Source: an uncultured Alphaproteobacteria bacterium
GTDB lineage: Bacteria > Pseudomonadota > Alphaproteobacteria > HIMB59 > GCA-002718135
Length of the DNA: 64,000 bases
Assembly (NCBI GenBank): GCA_902553005.1
Contig: CACDIK010000004.1
Location: forward strand, 5,379-69,378
Direction of reading: 5' to 3'
Shown here: in pieces, positions 21,316 to 31,239 of the stretch
Numbering within the stretch: position 1 is the first letter of the stretch
How the letters are laid out: every line of letters begins with the position of its first letter
The notes under the pieces: model-generated
What the model was told of the DNA's origin: nothing
The model's input: the letters and a program-made list of their open reading frames with translations, nothing else
The model's database searches: none
Translations under genes and position numbers: made by a program

Positions 21316-22922
21316 TTATGATCCCTTACTATATCAGCACATTTTTCACCAATCATCATACATGCTGCATTTGTGTTACCTGAAATAAGATTTGGCATTA
21401 CCGAAGCATCAGCTACTCTTAAATTTTGGAATCCATGAACTTTTAGTGAACTATCTACAACAGAATCTTTATCACTAAATCCCATCTTACATGTTCCCAC
21501 TGGATGATAAGTAGTTTTAGAATTTTGTCTTATAAAATCAATTTTTTCATCTTCAGAGTTTATATATTGGTGTGGACCAACTTTTTTTTCAACAAAATTT
21601 TTTAAGGGTTTTGTCTGCGAAATTTTATTTGATAAATTATATGCCTTTAACATTGTAAATAAATCATCATCGTGATCAAAGTAATTAGGGTTTATAGACG
21701 GATGCTCTAGAGGATTAGTTGATTTGATTTTTACAAAACCTTTGCTTTTTGGTCTTAATACACATGGAGCAATTGTGAAACCAGAAAAAGGATCAGGTTC
21801 AATAGAAGCATTCTTTGAATTACTCAAATTAGAAGCTGTTAACGGTAGAAAATAGATTTGTAAATCAGGGGTGTTTATAGATTGTTCAGACTTAACAAAG
21901 GCTCCTGCTTGGTTAATACTTAGTGTTAACGGTCCATTTTTAAATAAAAGCCACTTTAGGAAGTAAAATATTTTATTTGTGATTGGTCGTAAATCGTCAT
22001 TTAGAGATTTAATATTTGTTTTATAATGTAATGCTACGTTAAGATGATCTTGTAGGTTTTGTCCAACGTATCTAAGATGTTTCACTTTATCGATATTGTA
22101 ATTCCTTAAATCATCCTGATTCCCAACACCAGATAATTGTAAAATTTGTGGAGAAGAAATAGAGCCTGCACTTAAAATTATCTCATCGTTACAATTTGCT
22201 ACAAATTTTTTATTATCTTTTAAGAACTCAATACCAGTAGCAATATCATCTTTAAATATGATTTTTGATACGTGTGAAGAAGTTATTAGTTTAAAATTTT
22301 TATTTTTGATTTTTCTCAAATATTCTTTTGAAACATTACTTCTGACACCTTTGTTTGTATTAAGTTGATATAAACCTACTCCTTCTTGATCTTGACCATT
22401 AAAATCATCATTTTTTTTAATTCCTAAATTTATACAAGATTTTATAAATTCATCTGTCAATTGATGCTTTTCTTTTTGAATATTAGAAATTTTAATTTTT
22501 CCATCATCATTATGATAAGATGTTTTTCCTAAATAATGATTCTCAAGTTTTATAAAATAAGGTAATAAATCCTTCCAACTCCAATCATTTATTTCCCAAT
22601 TATCATAATCTTCTTTTTGGCCTCTGATATAAACCATTGCATTAATTGAACTTGATCCTCCAAGAATTTTTCCTTTTGGCCAATAATCTCTTCTATTATT
22701 TAAGCCTCTAATTTCTTCTGTATAGTATTTCCAATTAACTTTATTATTATTAAAAAGATAACCATAACCAGCAGGTATTTTAACCGTAATATTATTGTCA
22801 TTATTTCCTGCCTCTACAAGTAATATTTTTTTATTAGGGAAATACTCACTCAATCGATAAGCTATTATTGAACCTGCAGAACCAGACCCAATAATAATAT
22901 AATCATATTTTTCAACAACCAT
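21312..22922 (-). CDS. GMC-family FAD oxidoreductase (choline/alcohol dehydrogenase-like)
   Basis: 536 aa. N-terminal YDYIIIGSGSAGS, plus GGSSSINAM. The C-terminus TYHPVGTCKMG...VADASVMPNLISGNTNA is a GMC signature. Confidence 0.85.
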   Translation of the reverse strand: MVVEKYDYIIIGSGSAGSIIAYRLSEYFPNKKILLVEAGNNDNNITVKIPAGYGYLFNNNKVNWKYYTEEIRGLNNRRDYWPKGKILGGSSSINAMVYIRGQKEDYDNWEINDWSWKDLLPYFIKLENHYLGKTSYHNDDGKIKISNIQKEKHQLTDEFIKSCINLGIKKNDDFNGQDQEGVGLYQLNTNKGVRSNVSKEYLRKIKNKNFKLITSSHVSKIIFKDDIATGIEFLKDNKKFVANCNDEIILSAGSISSPQILQLSGVGNQDDLRNYNIDKVKHLRYVGQNLQDHLNVALHYKTNIKSLNDDLRPITNKIFYFLKWLLFKNGPLTLSINQAGAFVKSEQSINTPDLQIYFLPLTASNLSNSKNASIEPDPFSGFTIAPCVLRPKSKGFVKIKSTNPLEHPSINPNYFDHDDDLFTMLKAYNLSNKISQTKPLKNFVEKKVGPHQYINSEDEKIDFIRQNSKTTYHPVGTCKMGFSDKDSVVDSSLKVHGFQNLRVADASVMPNLISGNTNAACMMIGEKCADIVRDHK

Positions 22923-22925
22923 AAT

Positions 22926-23906
22926 CTATTTCCAATTTTTTTTTGCTATCCTTAAAAAATTTTCTCCCAGTATACCTTTGATATCTTTTGTTGAATAATT
23001 TTTCTTTATTAAAATATTTGTTACATCTAATATTTTTTCTGGTTGAAAATATATAAATCCGTTCATGTTATTTAAGTATTCTTTTGGTAAACCAAACTTA
23101 TTTGACTTAACTTGTCTTAGAAATTGTTTTTGATAATACACGTAGTCTAGTCCCAACCCGATATGTTTTGGACCAACTAAATCAGTTATATATTGAATAT
23201 TGTTTACAAAATTTTCAGGAGATATGTCATTATTTTTTAGAAAATGCCCAAAACCAACTATCCCAATTAATCCGCCTGTTTTTGCACATTTTTTTATTTG
23301 TTCATCAGATATATTTCTATTTGTTTTTTTTAATTTATTTGGATTAGAATGAGAAAAAATTACAGGTTTAGTTGATAATTCTATTGCCTCAATTGAACTC
23401 TTATATCCTGTATGTGTTAAGTCTACTATCATGCCAACATTGTTCATTTCTTTAATCAGAGCTTTTCCATAGATACTAAGACCTGCATTAGCTGGTTCAA
23501 AACATCCGTCTGCAGCTTTAGATCTATAATCTTTTGCTAAGAGCATGTGTCTGATTCCCAAATCATAAAAAACTTTTACGTTACTCACTTTTCCACCAAG
23601 CATCTCAGAACCTTGAAAATGAAAACCTAAAGAAAGTTTGTTTGAGTTTTTAGCATTTCTAATTGTTGCTATATTGTCTGCAAATACATAATTTTTATTT
23701 TTTTTTATATATTTTTTAACTTGTTTTATGTATTCAATTGTTTGTTTGGTATTCATTCTTTCAACACCCACACTTAGACTAACAAACCCAAATTTTGATT
23801 CATAATATCTTTCTAAAATATTATCTTTATTTTGAGCTTCAGGAACCCAGGGTAGAGTTAAGTCACAAATAATTGATTGGTTATATAAACTTGATTTATT
23901 TTTCAT
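22926..23906 (-). CDS. M19 (renal/membrane dipeptidase) family protein, divergent metal site
   Basis: 326 aa. VDLTHTG, VIFSHSNP and HIGLGLDY match M19 motifs. The N-terminal GHNDLPW motif reads CDLTLPW here, and the VEGGH glutamate context reads FQGSE. Confidence 0.65.
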   Translation of the reverse strand: MKNKSSLYNQSIICDLTLPWVPEAQNKDNILERYYESKFGFVSLSVGVERMNTKQTIEYIKQVKKYIKKNKNYVFADNIATIRNAKNSNKLSLGFHFQGSEMLGGKVSNVKVFYDLGIRHMLLAKDYRSKAADGCFEPANAGLSIYGKALIKEMNNVGMIVDLTHTGYKSSIEAIELSTKPVIFSHSNPNKLKKTNRNISDEQIKKCAKTGGLIGIVGFGHFLKNNDISPENFVNNIQYITDLVGPKHIGLGLDYVYYQKQFLRQVKSNKFGLPKEYLNNMNGFIYFQPEKILDVTNILIKKNYSTKDIKGILGENFLRIAKKNWK

Positions 23907-23908
23907 TT

Positions 23909-25555
23909 TTAATTTTCAGTATAAAGTGTTGATTTATAATTTATATTTCTTTCTTTTATATTTGGTAAATTTGATAAGAGTGCTTTTGTGTAAGTGTGAG
24001 ATGGTTTTGAAAATACTTTCTTTGAGTTTCCTAGTTCAACAATCTCTCCAAAATACATAACCGCTACTCTATTACTTACATAATTTACAACACTTAAATC
24101 ATGACTAATAAATACAATTGTTAAATTATTTAGTTTATTTAATTTTAAAATTAGATTTAAAATTTGTGCTTGTATTGAAACATCTAAAGCTGAAACAATT
24201 TCATCACAAATCAAAACCGATGGATTTACAGCAAGAGAGCGAGCGATAGCAATTCTTTGTCTTTGGCCACCAGAAAATTGATGAGGATATCTAAACATTA
24301 GATTAGGGCTTATTCCACAATCATTCATTAATTTTGCAACGTATTCTTTAGATTGTTTTTTTTTAATAATATTATGAACAATCGGTGCTTCTGCAATTAT
24401 GTCTATAATTTTTTTTCTTGGATTTAATGAACTATAAGGATCTTGAAAAACCATCTGGATATCTAAAGATGTTTTTTTTGTGTAAGATATTTCTTCTTGA
24501 TTATAGAATATGTTACCTGAATTCTTATCTAATATACCTGATATAATTTTGCCAAGAGTTGATTTACCACAACCTGACTCTCCAACTACTCCAAGTATTT
24601 CACCTCTTTTAATATTTAATGATAAATTTTTTATAGCTTGATTAGTTTCTAAATTATTTTTATTTTGTTTAAAAAGTGAAATAAAATTTGAAACTAAATT
24701 TTTTCTCTTTTCATATATTTTAGAGAGATTTTGAACACTAATAACATTATCATCTATTACTCTTTCTTCATTAACATTATCTTTCGGAATAGAGTTAATT
24801 AATTTTTTTGTATAAGGGTGCTGTGGATGATCTAAAATGCTATCGACCCCTCCAGTTTCAACTATTTTACCATTATACATAATGGAGATTTTATCTACTA
24901 ATCCAGATAATACTGATAAATCATGTGTAATCCATATTAAAGCAGTATTATTTTCCTTACAAAGTTTCTGTGTTAAATATAGTATCTGAGCTTGAGTTGT
25001 TACATCAAGTGCCGTTGTTGGTTCATCTGCAATAATAAGTTTAGGTTTATTAATTAACGCTATTGCTATTGCAACTCTCTGTCGCATTCCTCCAGAAAAT
25101 TCATGAGGATAATATTTTATTTTTTTTTCAGCATCTTTGATACCTACTTCAATAAGCGCTTGTACTGCAATATTTCTAGCTTTCTTATAATCAATTTTTT
25201 TGTGGGCTAAAATTGCCTCTATCATTTGAGTTTCTATATTTATGATTGGATTTAACGACATTGTTGCATCTTGAAATATCATTGAAATTTCTCTTCCTCT
25301 AATTGACTGCATTTCTTTTTCATTAAGTTTTGTAATTTCTTTTCCATTGAAGTGAATTTTTCCCCCTACAATTTTTCCAGGTTCTTGTAACAGATTAATA
25401 ATTGATAATCCCATTACAGATTTTCCTGATCCTGATTCACCCGCAATGCCATGTATCTCACCAGATGGTATCTCTAAACTAATATCGTCTACAGCCTTAA
25501 CTATATTATCTCTTGTAAAAAAATGAGTTTTCAAATTTTTAATTTGTAAGATCAT
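23909..25555 (-). CDS. Peptide/opine-type ABC transporter, fused double ATP-binding protein (DppD/DppF-like)
   Basis: 548 aa with two NBDs. Walker A appears twice (GESGSGKS, GESGCGKS) and the signature motif twice (FSGGMRQR, FSGGQRQR). Confidence 0.9.
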   Translation of the reverse strand: MILQIKNLKTHFFTRDNIVKAVDDISLEIPSGEIHGIAGESGSGKSVMGLSIINLLQEPGKIVGGKIHFNGKEITKLNEKEMQSIRGREISMIFQDATMSLNPIINIETQMIEAILAHKKIDYKKARNIAVQALIEVGIKDAEKKIKYYPHEFSGGMRQRVAIAIALINKPKLIIADEPTTALDVTTQAQILYLTQKLCKENNTALIWITHDLSVLSGLVDKISIMYNGKIVETGGVDSILDHPQHPYTKKLINSIPKDNVNEERVIDDNVISVQNLSKIYEKRKNLVSNFISLFKQNKNNLETNQAIKNLSLNIKRGEILGVVGESGCGKSTLGKIISGILDKNSGNIFYNQEEISYTKKTSLDIQMVFQDPYSSLNPRKKIIDIIAEAPIVHNIIKKKQSKEYVAKLMNDCGISPNLMFRYPHQFSGGQRQRIAIARSLAVNPSVLICDEIVSALDVSIQAQILNLILKLNKLNNLTIVFISHDLSVVNYVSNRVAVMYFGEIVELGNSKKVFSKPSHTYTKALLSNLPNIKERNINYKSTLYTEN

Positions 25556-26424
25556 ATATTTAGCCTCGGATTTAGTAAAATTCTTAATCTGTCTGAGAAT
25601 ATGTTTATGCTAACAACTGTAATTAACAAAAATAAACCTGGATAAAGACTCATCCAATATTTACCAACAATAATATATTCATACCCATTTGAAATTATTA
25701 AACCAATTGAAGGTTCGGTTATTGGCAGACCTACTCCAAGAAATGAAAGTGAAGCTTCAAGGGTTATTGCAAATGCTAAATTAATAGTACTTAATACAAT
25801 GATTGGAGGAAGACAATTTGGTAATAAATGTCCAAATATAATTCTAGACTGAGGTAAACACAAACATCTAGCAGAATAGAAATAATCTTTTTCTTTTTCT
25901 GATAATGCAGAGCTTCTTATTACTCTTGCAAAAGTAGCCCATTGACTCATAACTAATGCAAAAACAACGTTTTCTAATCCACGTCCAAGAATAGACAATA
26001 GGACAAGTGCAATTAAAAAACTTGGCATTGCAAGAACCATATCAGCTACTCTCATAATAAAATTATCAACAAAACCTCCAAAATAAGCACTTACAACTCC
26101 TAAAATTATTCCAACTATCAAGGAAATAATTACACTTAAACTTCCAACATAAAGGCTTATACGTAATCCATAAATAATAGCACTTAATAAATCTCTTCCC
26201 TGATCATCAGTTCCAAGAAGAAAATAATTATTTTCATAAGCTTGTGACAATGGTGGTAACAATGAATCTAAAATATTTAATTGAGATAAATCATATGGAT
26301 TTTGTAAAGTAATAAGTGGGCCAAAAATTACTAATCCTAAAATAATAATCAAATTAATAAAAAAAAATAATGCCAATTTATCTTCTGAATAAATTTTTAA
26401 AAAGTTGATAATATTAAATTTCAT
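25552..26424 (-). CDS. ABC transporter permease (DppC/OppC-like)
   Basis: 290 aa, six TM segments, BPD_transp_1-type EAA loop region. Its stop/start overlaps with neighbouring genes. Confidence 0.85.
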   Translation of the reverse strand: MKFNIINFLKIYSEDKLALFFFINLIIILGLVIFGPLITLQNPYDLSQLNILDSLLPPLSQAYENNYFLLGTDDQGRDLLSAIIYGLRISLYVGSLSVIISLIVGIILGVVSAYFGGFVDNFIMRVADMVLAMPSFLIALVLLSILGRGLENVVFALVMSQWATFARVIRSSALSEKEKDYFYSARCLCLPQSRIIFGHLLPNCLPPIIVLSTINLAFAITLEASLSFLGVGLPITEPSIGLIISNGYEYIIVGKYWMSLYPGLFLLITVVSINIFSDRLRILLNPRLNI

Positions 26425-27395
26425 TATTTATCTGATATCCTTATTCTAGGATCCAAAAAAGAGTATAAAATATCTACAATTAGATTAACTAACATAAAAA
26501 TAAAAACTATTACTAAAAGATAAGCAACAATAACTGGACGATCCAAAAGAGTGATAGATTCAATAATTAATCTGCCCATACCTGGCCAAGCAAAAATACT
26601 TTCTGTTATTACTGCAAAAGCAATTAAAACCGAAAATTGTAATCCAATAACTGTAACAATAGGGATCAATATATATTTTAATAAATGGAATGTGATTATT
26701 CTAAACCTACTTAAACCTTTTGCCTTCGCAAATTTGATAAAATCTAAAGGAAGAGTTTCTTGAATTCCAGCAAATGTTAATCTTATAATTAGCGCAAGAG
26801 GATAAAGAGCTAAATTGATTGATGGAAGGACAAGATGCTTCAGTCCGTCAAATGTCAAAAAACTGAAATAAAATCCAAATATTTCTATTGTATCTCCTCT
26901 TCCTGTTGAGGGAAAAAAATTATAGCTTACAGCAAAAAGCATAATTAAAATTAAGCCGACCCAAAAAGTTGGTAAACTAAAGAAGAAAATTGACGTTGCT
27001 AGAATTGACTTACTAACAAGATTATTAGGGTTTAAACCTGCAATCACTCCTAATGGTATTCCAAAAATGATAGCAATCAACAAAGCCGAAATCGTCAACT
27101 CTAATGTTGCTGGTAAACGTTCAAGTATAAGAGTGATAGCTGGTCGATTATGAACAAATGAGTAACCTAATTCACCTTTAAAAGCATTTTTTAAAAATAT
27201 AAAATATTGCTCAAATAGAGACTTATCTAATCCCAAATTTTTAATTGTTTTTAATTTTTCTTCCTCTGATGCCTCTGGATTAATCAAAACATCAATTGGG
27301 TTACCAATTGCATAAACTGCTGCAAAAACTAATAGCGACATAGCAAGTAAAACTATAAAACTTTGAATTATTCTATTTGTTAAGAAAATAAGCAT
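26424..27395 (-). CDS. ABC transporter permease (DppB/OppB-like)
   Basis: 323 aa. Typical DppB N-terminus (MLIFLTNRIIQSFIVLL...) and EAA loop (FIKFAKAKGLSRFRI). Confidence 0.85.
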   Translation of the reverse strand: MLIFLTNRIIQSFIVLLAMSLLVFAAVYAIGNPIDVLINPEASEEEKLKTIKNLGLDKSLFEQYFIFLKNAFKGELGYSFVHNRPAITLILERLPATLELTISALLIAIIFGIPLGVIAGLNPNNLVSKSILATSIFFFSLPTFWVGLILIMLFAVSYNFFPSTGRGDTIEIFGFYFSFLTFDGLKHLVLPSINLALYPLALIIRLTFAGIQETLPLDFIKFAKAKGLSRFRIITFHLLKYILIPIVTVIGLQFSVLIAFAVITESIFAWPGMGRLIIESITLLDRPVIVAYLLVIVFIFMLVNLIVDILYSFLDPRIRISDK

Positions 27396-27420
27396 TGAAA
27401 AAAAATTCTTTAATATTTTA

Positions 27421-27445
27421 GAAGAGCATAGAAATTATGCTCTTC
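27421..27445 (-). other. Perfect 10-bp stem / 5-nt loop hairpin between the SBP gene and the first permease gene
   Basis: gaagagcata-gaaat-tatgctcttc. No U-tract follows on the minus strand. This position is typical of intra-operon stem-loops that raise SBP:permease expression ratios. Confidence 0.5.
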
Positions 27446-27458
27446 ATATTATTTTATT

Positions 27459-29030
27459 TTAGTTAGCTTTTTTTACTAACATTACCTCAAAAGCTTCATC
27501 TGCTCTTGGGGTATAATCAACTTTATCAGTTGTTCCTACTGTCACAAACTGTGAATGAAGTGGAATTGCACCTTGATCTTCAGCAATGAGAATTTCCATT
27601 GCTCTCTTAAGGTGGCCTTCATATTCTTGCATATCAAAAGCTGCAGATGCTTTTTCTACTTCAGCATCAAATGCAGTATTTGAGTAACCTCCAGCATTCC
27701 AACTACCATAACCTTCCTCTTTAGTATGGAAAGCAGCACTTAATGACATTAGTGAAGAACCAGTAAAAGCATTGTCCCATCCAATCATAGACAAGCTAAA
27801 TTCCTGTTTATTTAATCTTCCAAAATAAACTGCCTTTGGCATTGTCTCAACTTGCATTTTCAAACCAATTTTTGAGAGCATTTGAGCAATAGCTTGAGCT
27901 ATCTTATCATCATTTACATAACGATCGTTAGGGGCATGGACTGTTAAACCAAAACCATCGGCATACCCAGCTTCAGCCATTAACTCTTTAGCTTTATTTA
28001 TATTGAATTCGTTTTCAGGAATATTTTCACTATAACTAAAAAATCCTTTAGGAACAACTTGATTTGCCTCTTCAGCCAATCCATCCATAACTTTAGAAAC
28101 AATTGCATCTCTATCAATTGCTAAAGAGAGTGCTTTTCTTACTCTTTTATCTTTTAATGGGTTAACTGACATCGCATTCCCATCATTATCAGTAACAAAT
28201 GGTGAGTTGTCATTTTGTGTATCTACGTACAACCACAAAGTCCTTGCGCTTGCTCTTTTGGCAACTTTAAATCCATCTTTAGACTCAACAGCTGGAACAG
28301 ATGAAGGTGATAATCCCTCAAGAATGTCAACGTCACCAGCTAAGAGAGCGGCTACTCTAGAAGCTCCATCAGGCATTATTTTAAAAGTTACATCATTAAA
28401 ATCAGGTTTCACACCCCAATAATTATTATTGACTGTAATTTGATAATTGTCTCCAGGTGTATAGCTTTTAAATTTGTATGGACCTGTTCCAATAGCTACT
28501 TTTCCAGAAGCAAAATCCTCAGTTGTTGATCCCTCAACGTTACTTTTTGAAACTATTGCAACACCAGAAAGTCTCCTTAAAAGTAATGGATAAGGATTTT
28601 TAGTCTTAACAACTAAAGTATGACTATCAGTTGCTTCAACTGACTCAATCATACTAACATTTGATTCATAACTTGCAGGGTTATTAGGGATGTTTGGTAT
28701 TCTGTCTATAGAAAAAATAACATCATCGGCGGTAAAATCACTTCCATCGTGAAACTTAACTCCTTTTCTTAAATTAAATTTCCAAGTTAGATCATCTAAA
28801 TTTTCCCATGACTCTGCTAGACGAGCAACTATGTTTGCATTTTCATCTCTGTCAATTAATCTTTCAAAAATATATCTTGAGTAAGCAGCATTTGGTCCAA
28901 GATACAACCAATGTGGATCAACGGAAGGATCATGCGGTGTCGCGACCGTCAAATTCTCACTTAGTACTGATTTACTTAAAAAAATAATTGAAGCAAAAAT
29001 GATTAAAGTTTTAAAAAAATTTTTTATCAT
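27459..29030 (-). CDS. ABC transporter substrate-binding protein, family 5 (peptide/nickel/opine type)
   Basis: 523 aa. Signal peptide, plus family-5 SBP patterns (...WKFNLRKGVKFHDGSDFTADDV...). Confidence 0.85.
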   Translation of the reverse strand: MIKNFFKTLIIFASIIFLSKSVLSENLTVATPHDPSVDPHWLYLGPNAAYSRYIFERLIDRDENANIVARLAESWENLDDLTWKFNLRKGVKFHDGSDFTADDVIFSIDRIPNIPNNPASYESNVSMIESVEATDSHTLVVKTKNPYPLLLRRLSGVAIVSKSNVEGSTTEDFASGKVAIGTGPYKFKSYTPGDNYQITVNNNYWGVKPDFNDVTFKIMPDGASRVAALLAGDVDILEGLSPSSVPAVESKDGFKVAKRASARTLWLYVDTQNDNSPFVTDNDGNAMSVNPLKDKRVRKALSLAIDRDAIVSKVMDGLAEEANQVVPKGFFSYSENIPENEFNINKAKELMAEAGYADGFGLTVHAPNDRYVNDDKIAQAIAQMLSKIGLKMQVETMPKAVYFGRLNKQEFSLSMIGWDNAFTGSSLMSLSAAFHTKEEGYGSWNAGGYSNTAFDAEVEKASAAFDMQEYEGHLKRAMEILIAEDQGAIPLHSQFVTVGTTDKVDYTPRADEAFEVMLVKKAN

Positions 29031-29098
29031 ATATCCTCCATAAATATATCTTAATTAAGCATTCAAATTTTATTATGTCAAATTTTATTAATTAAATT

Positions 29099-30445
29099 TC
29101 AAAGTTTGAAATAATCTTTAATTTGATATGCAAAATAAACAAATTTTAAGTATATTTTACGAAGACCAGAAACTGGGATTTTTTTTGGCAAACCTTTATA
29201 AACTTTGGAAATATTCATATTTCCAAAATTAGAACCGTAGATTATTTTTGAAAGTTGCATTCCAGACCATGGTGCTGAACTGACGCCATTTGCATGGTAT
29301 CCAAAACTATAGAAGATATTTTCATCTTTAATTTTTCCAATGGAGGGCGCCAGTTTTGATGTAAATGCAACAAGTCCTCGCCAAGTAAAATCAATATTAA
29401 TATTACCCCATTCAGGAAAAACATATTTAAAATCTCTTTCGATAATTTTAGAAATATTTTTGTGAGATTTATCACTGCCGTCAGTATCACCTCTTGCGCC
29501 AAATAAAATTCTATTGTCTGGTAACTTTCGATAATAATATAAAAGATTACGTGTATTAACTATTGGCGAAAATGTTTTAAAATTATGTAATGAAAGTTCT
29601 TTATTCGATAATGGTTTAGTTACAATAATATTTGAAATAATTGGAAGTATTCTAGAGTCTATTTGTTTGATTAAACCGTCTTGATAGAAACCATTTGTAG
29701 CAATTACAATTTTTTTTGTCTTAATTTTTTTATTATTTGCTTTAGCAATATAGAAATTTGATTTTTTTATCACAGATGTTATTTTTGTTTTATGAAAAAT
29801 ATTAACTTTATTTTTTAAAGCAGCTTTTAAAAGACCTAAATAAAATTTTAATGGGTTCAATGCAAATCCAGGCTTATAAGATAACGCTCCAAATTGTTCC
29901 TTACCAGAGTGTCCAATATTATTAAATTGCTCTTTATTAAAAATTTCAGATTCTATTTCAAATAATTTATTATAAATTTCGCTCTCCTTTATTAATTTGT
30001 CAAACTTAGATTCAGTATGTGCTAAAACGTAATTTTGGTTGCCCGAAATATCACAATTAATATTATATTTATCAATTAGACTTTTAGTGTAGTTTGTTCC
30101 TTCAATACAATTCTTAAAAAAAGATATTGTTTCTTCTTTACCATATTTTTTCATTAATTGATTTATTGTGAGTTTGGTTGGAGGTATACAACAAAAACCA
30201 GCATTTCTTGTTGAGGCACCCCAGCCTATGATACCTGCATCAACTATACATATTTTTAGATTATATTTATCAGATAAATTTATTGCACATGATAATCCAG
30301 TGTAACCTGCGCCAACAATTAAAATATCAAATTCCTCATTTTGACTGATAGTTTCTAAATTTGAAAATTCACCATGATTATTATCCTGTGCAAACCAATA
30401 TGACTTAGGCAAATCATTAAAATTATATATGTCATTATGATACAT
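29099..30445 (-). CDS. FAD-dependent oxidoreductase (DAO family)
   Basis: 448 aa. Dinucleotide-binding motif ILIVGAGYTGLSCA about 40 aa from the N-terminus. Length and layout match gamma-glutamylputrescine/amine/opine-oxidase-like DAO enzymes. Confidence 0.8.
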   Translation of the reverse strand: MYHNDIYNFNDLPKSYWFAQDNNHGEFSNLETISQNEEFDILIVGAGYTGLSCAINLSDKYNLKICIVDAGIIGWGASTRNAGFCCIPPTKLTINQLMKKYGKEETISFFKNCIEGTNYTKSLIDKYNINCDISGNQNYVLAHTESKFDKLIKESEIYNKLFEIESEIFNKEQFNNIGHSGKEQFGALSYKPGFALNPLKFYLGLLKAALKNKVNIFHKTKITSVIKKSNFYIAKANNKKIKTKKIVIATNGFYQDGLIKQIDSRILPIISNIIVTKPLSNKELSLHNFKTFSPIVNTRNLLYYYRKLPDNRILFGARGDTDGSDKSHKNISKIIERDFKYVFPEWGNINIDFTWRGLVAFTSKLAPSIGKIKDENIFYSFGYHANGVSSAPWSGMQLSKIIYGSNFGNMNISKVYKGLPKKIPVSGLRKIYLKFVYFAYQIKDYFKL

Positions 30446-30534
30446 GATAATATTATTACTATTCTATTAAAAAAAATTAAACATAAATTTAAAAAAACTA
30501 TTTAAATTATAAATTGTAAGACTATTTGGATTAA

Positions 30535-31239
30535 GTGCTTACTAGTTATATAATAAAAAAAATTACCATTTGTTTTTTCTCAATATTCTTATTTTTTTCT
30601 TCTCAAAGTAGTGCCAATAATCAAATGATTTATGAAAAGCTTGCGCAAGATTGGACTAAAATATTTCCTGATGGTAATAGGAATGCAGCAGGGCCAAGAT
30701 TTTTTAAATATATTTTAGACCAAAACTTAGAATATGAAGAGTTCATGCAATTTAATAAGTTATATTGTGCAGTTTCAGGATCTCTTATCCCTCCAGATTC
30801 TCAACCAGATGAAATCTTCCTTACAAACTTAGAAAATGATGAAAAAATTTGTGGCCAATATTATAAATGTTGTTGGCCGTGTTTATGTGATGTAATGAAA
30901 TATTCTGAAACAAAAAAAATTAATATAGATTTTAAAGATCAATCAAAAGATATTTATGCAATTGTTATAGATAATCCTTGCAATAAAAATGATTTTCCCG
31001 AACTTGTAAATAGAAAATATTTTTGTGAGGGTAATGAATTAAATAAAGACTATACTTACTCAATAGATAATAAGCTTGTTATTGGGGTACTGCATAATGG
31101 AAAAAAATGTGATGCCTACGATTTAGATTATATAAAAAATGATCAAATAACTGGACCTATGTGTGAAGCTCGAAATAGCATGCCTCTTGAAGAGCTAAAT
31201 TTTGGTATGGGTGACATTTTTATTAGATTGGCAAATTGA
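30535..31239 (+). CDS. Secreted Cys-rich hypothetical protein (YHS-like motif; GTG start)
   Basis: 234 aa. Signal peptide. The segment YCAVSGSLIPP...ICGQYYKCCWPCLCDVMKY resembles the metal-binding YHS/TRASH pattern (C-x-V-x-G ... YYxC..C). The resemblance is only by eye. Confidence 0.5.
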   Translation: MLTSYIIKKITICFFSIFLFFSSQSSANNQMIYEKLAQDWTKIFPDGNRNAAGPRFFKYILDQNLEYEEFMQFNKLYCAVSGSLIPPDSQPDEIFLTNLENDEKICGQYYKCCWPCLCDVMKYSETKKINIDFKDQSKDIYAIVIDNPCNKNDFPELVNRKYFCEGNELNKDYTYSIDNKLVIGVLHNGKKCDAYDLDYIKNDQITGPMCEARNSMPLEELNFGMGDIFIRLAN

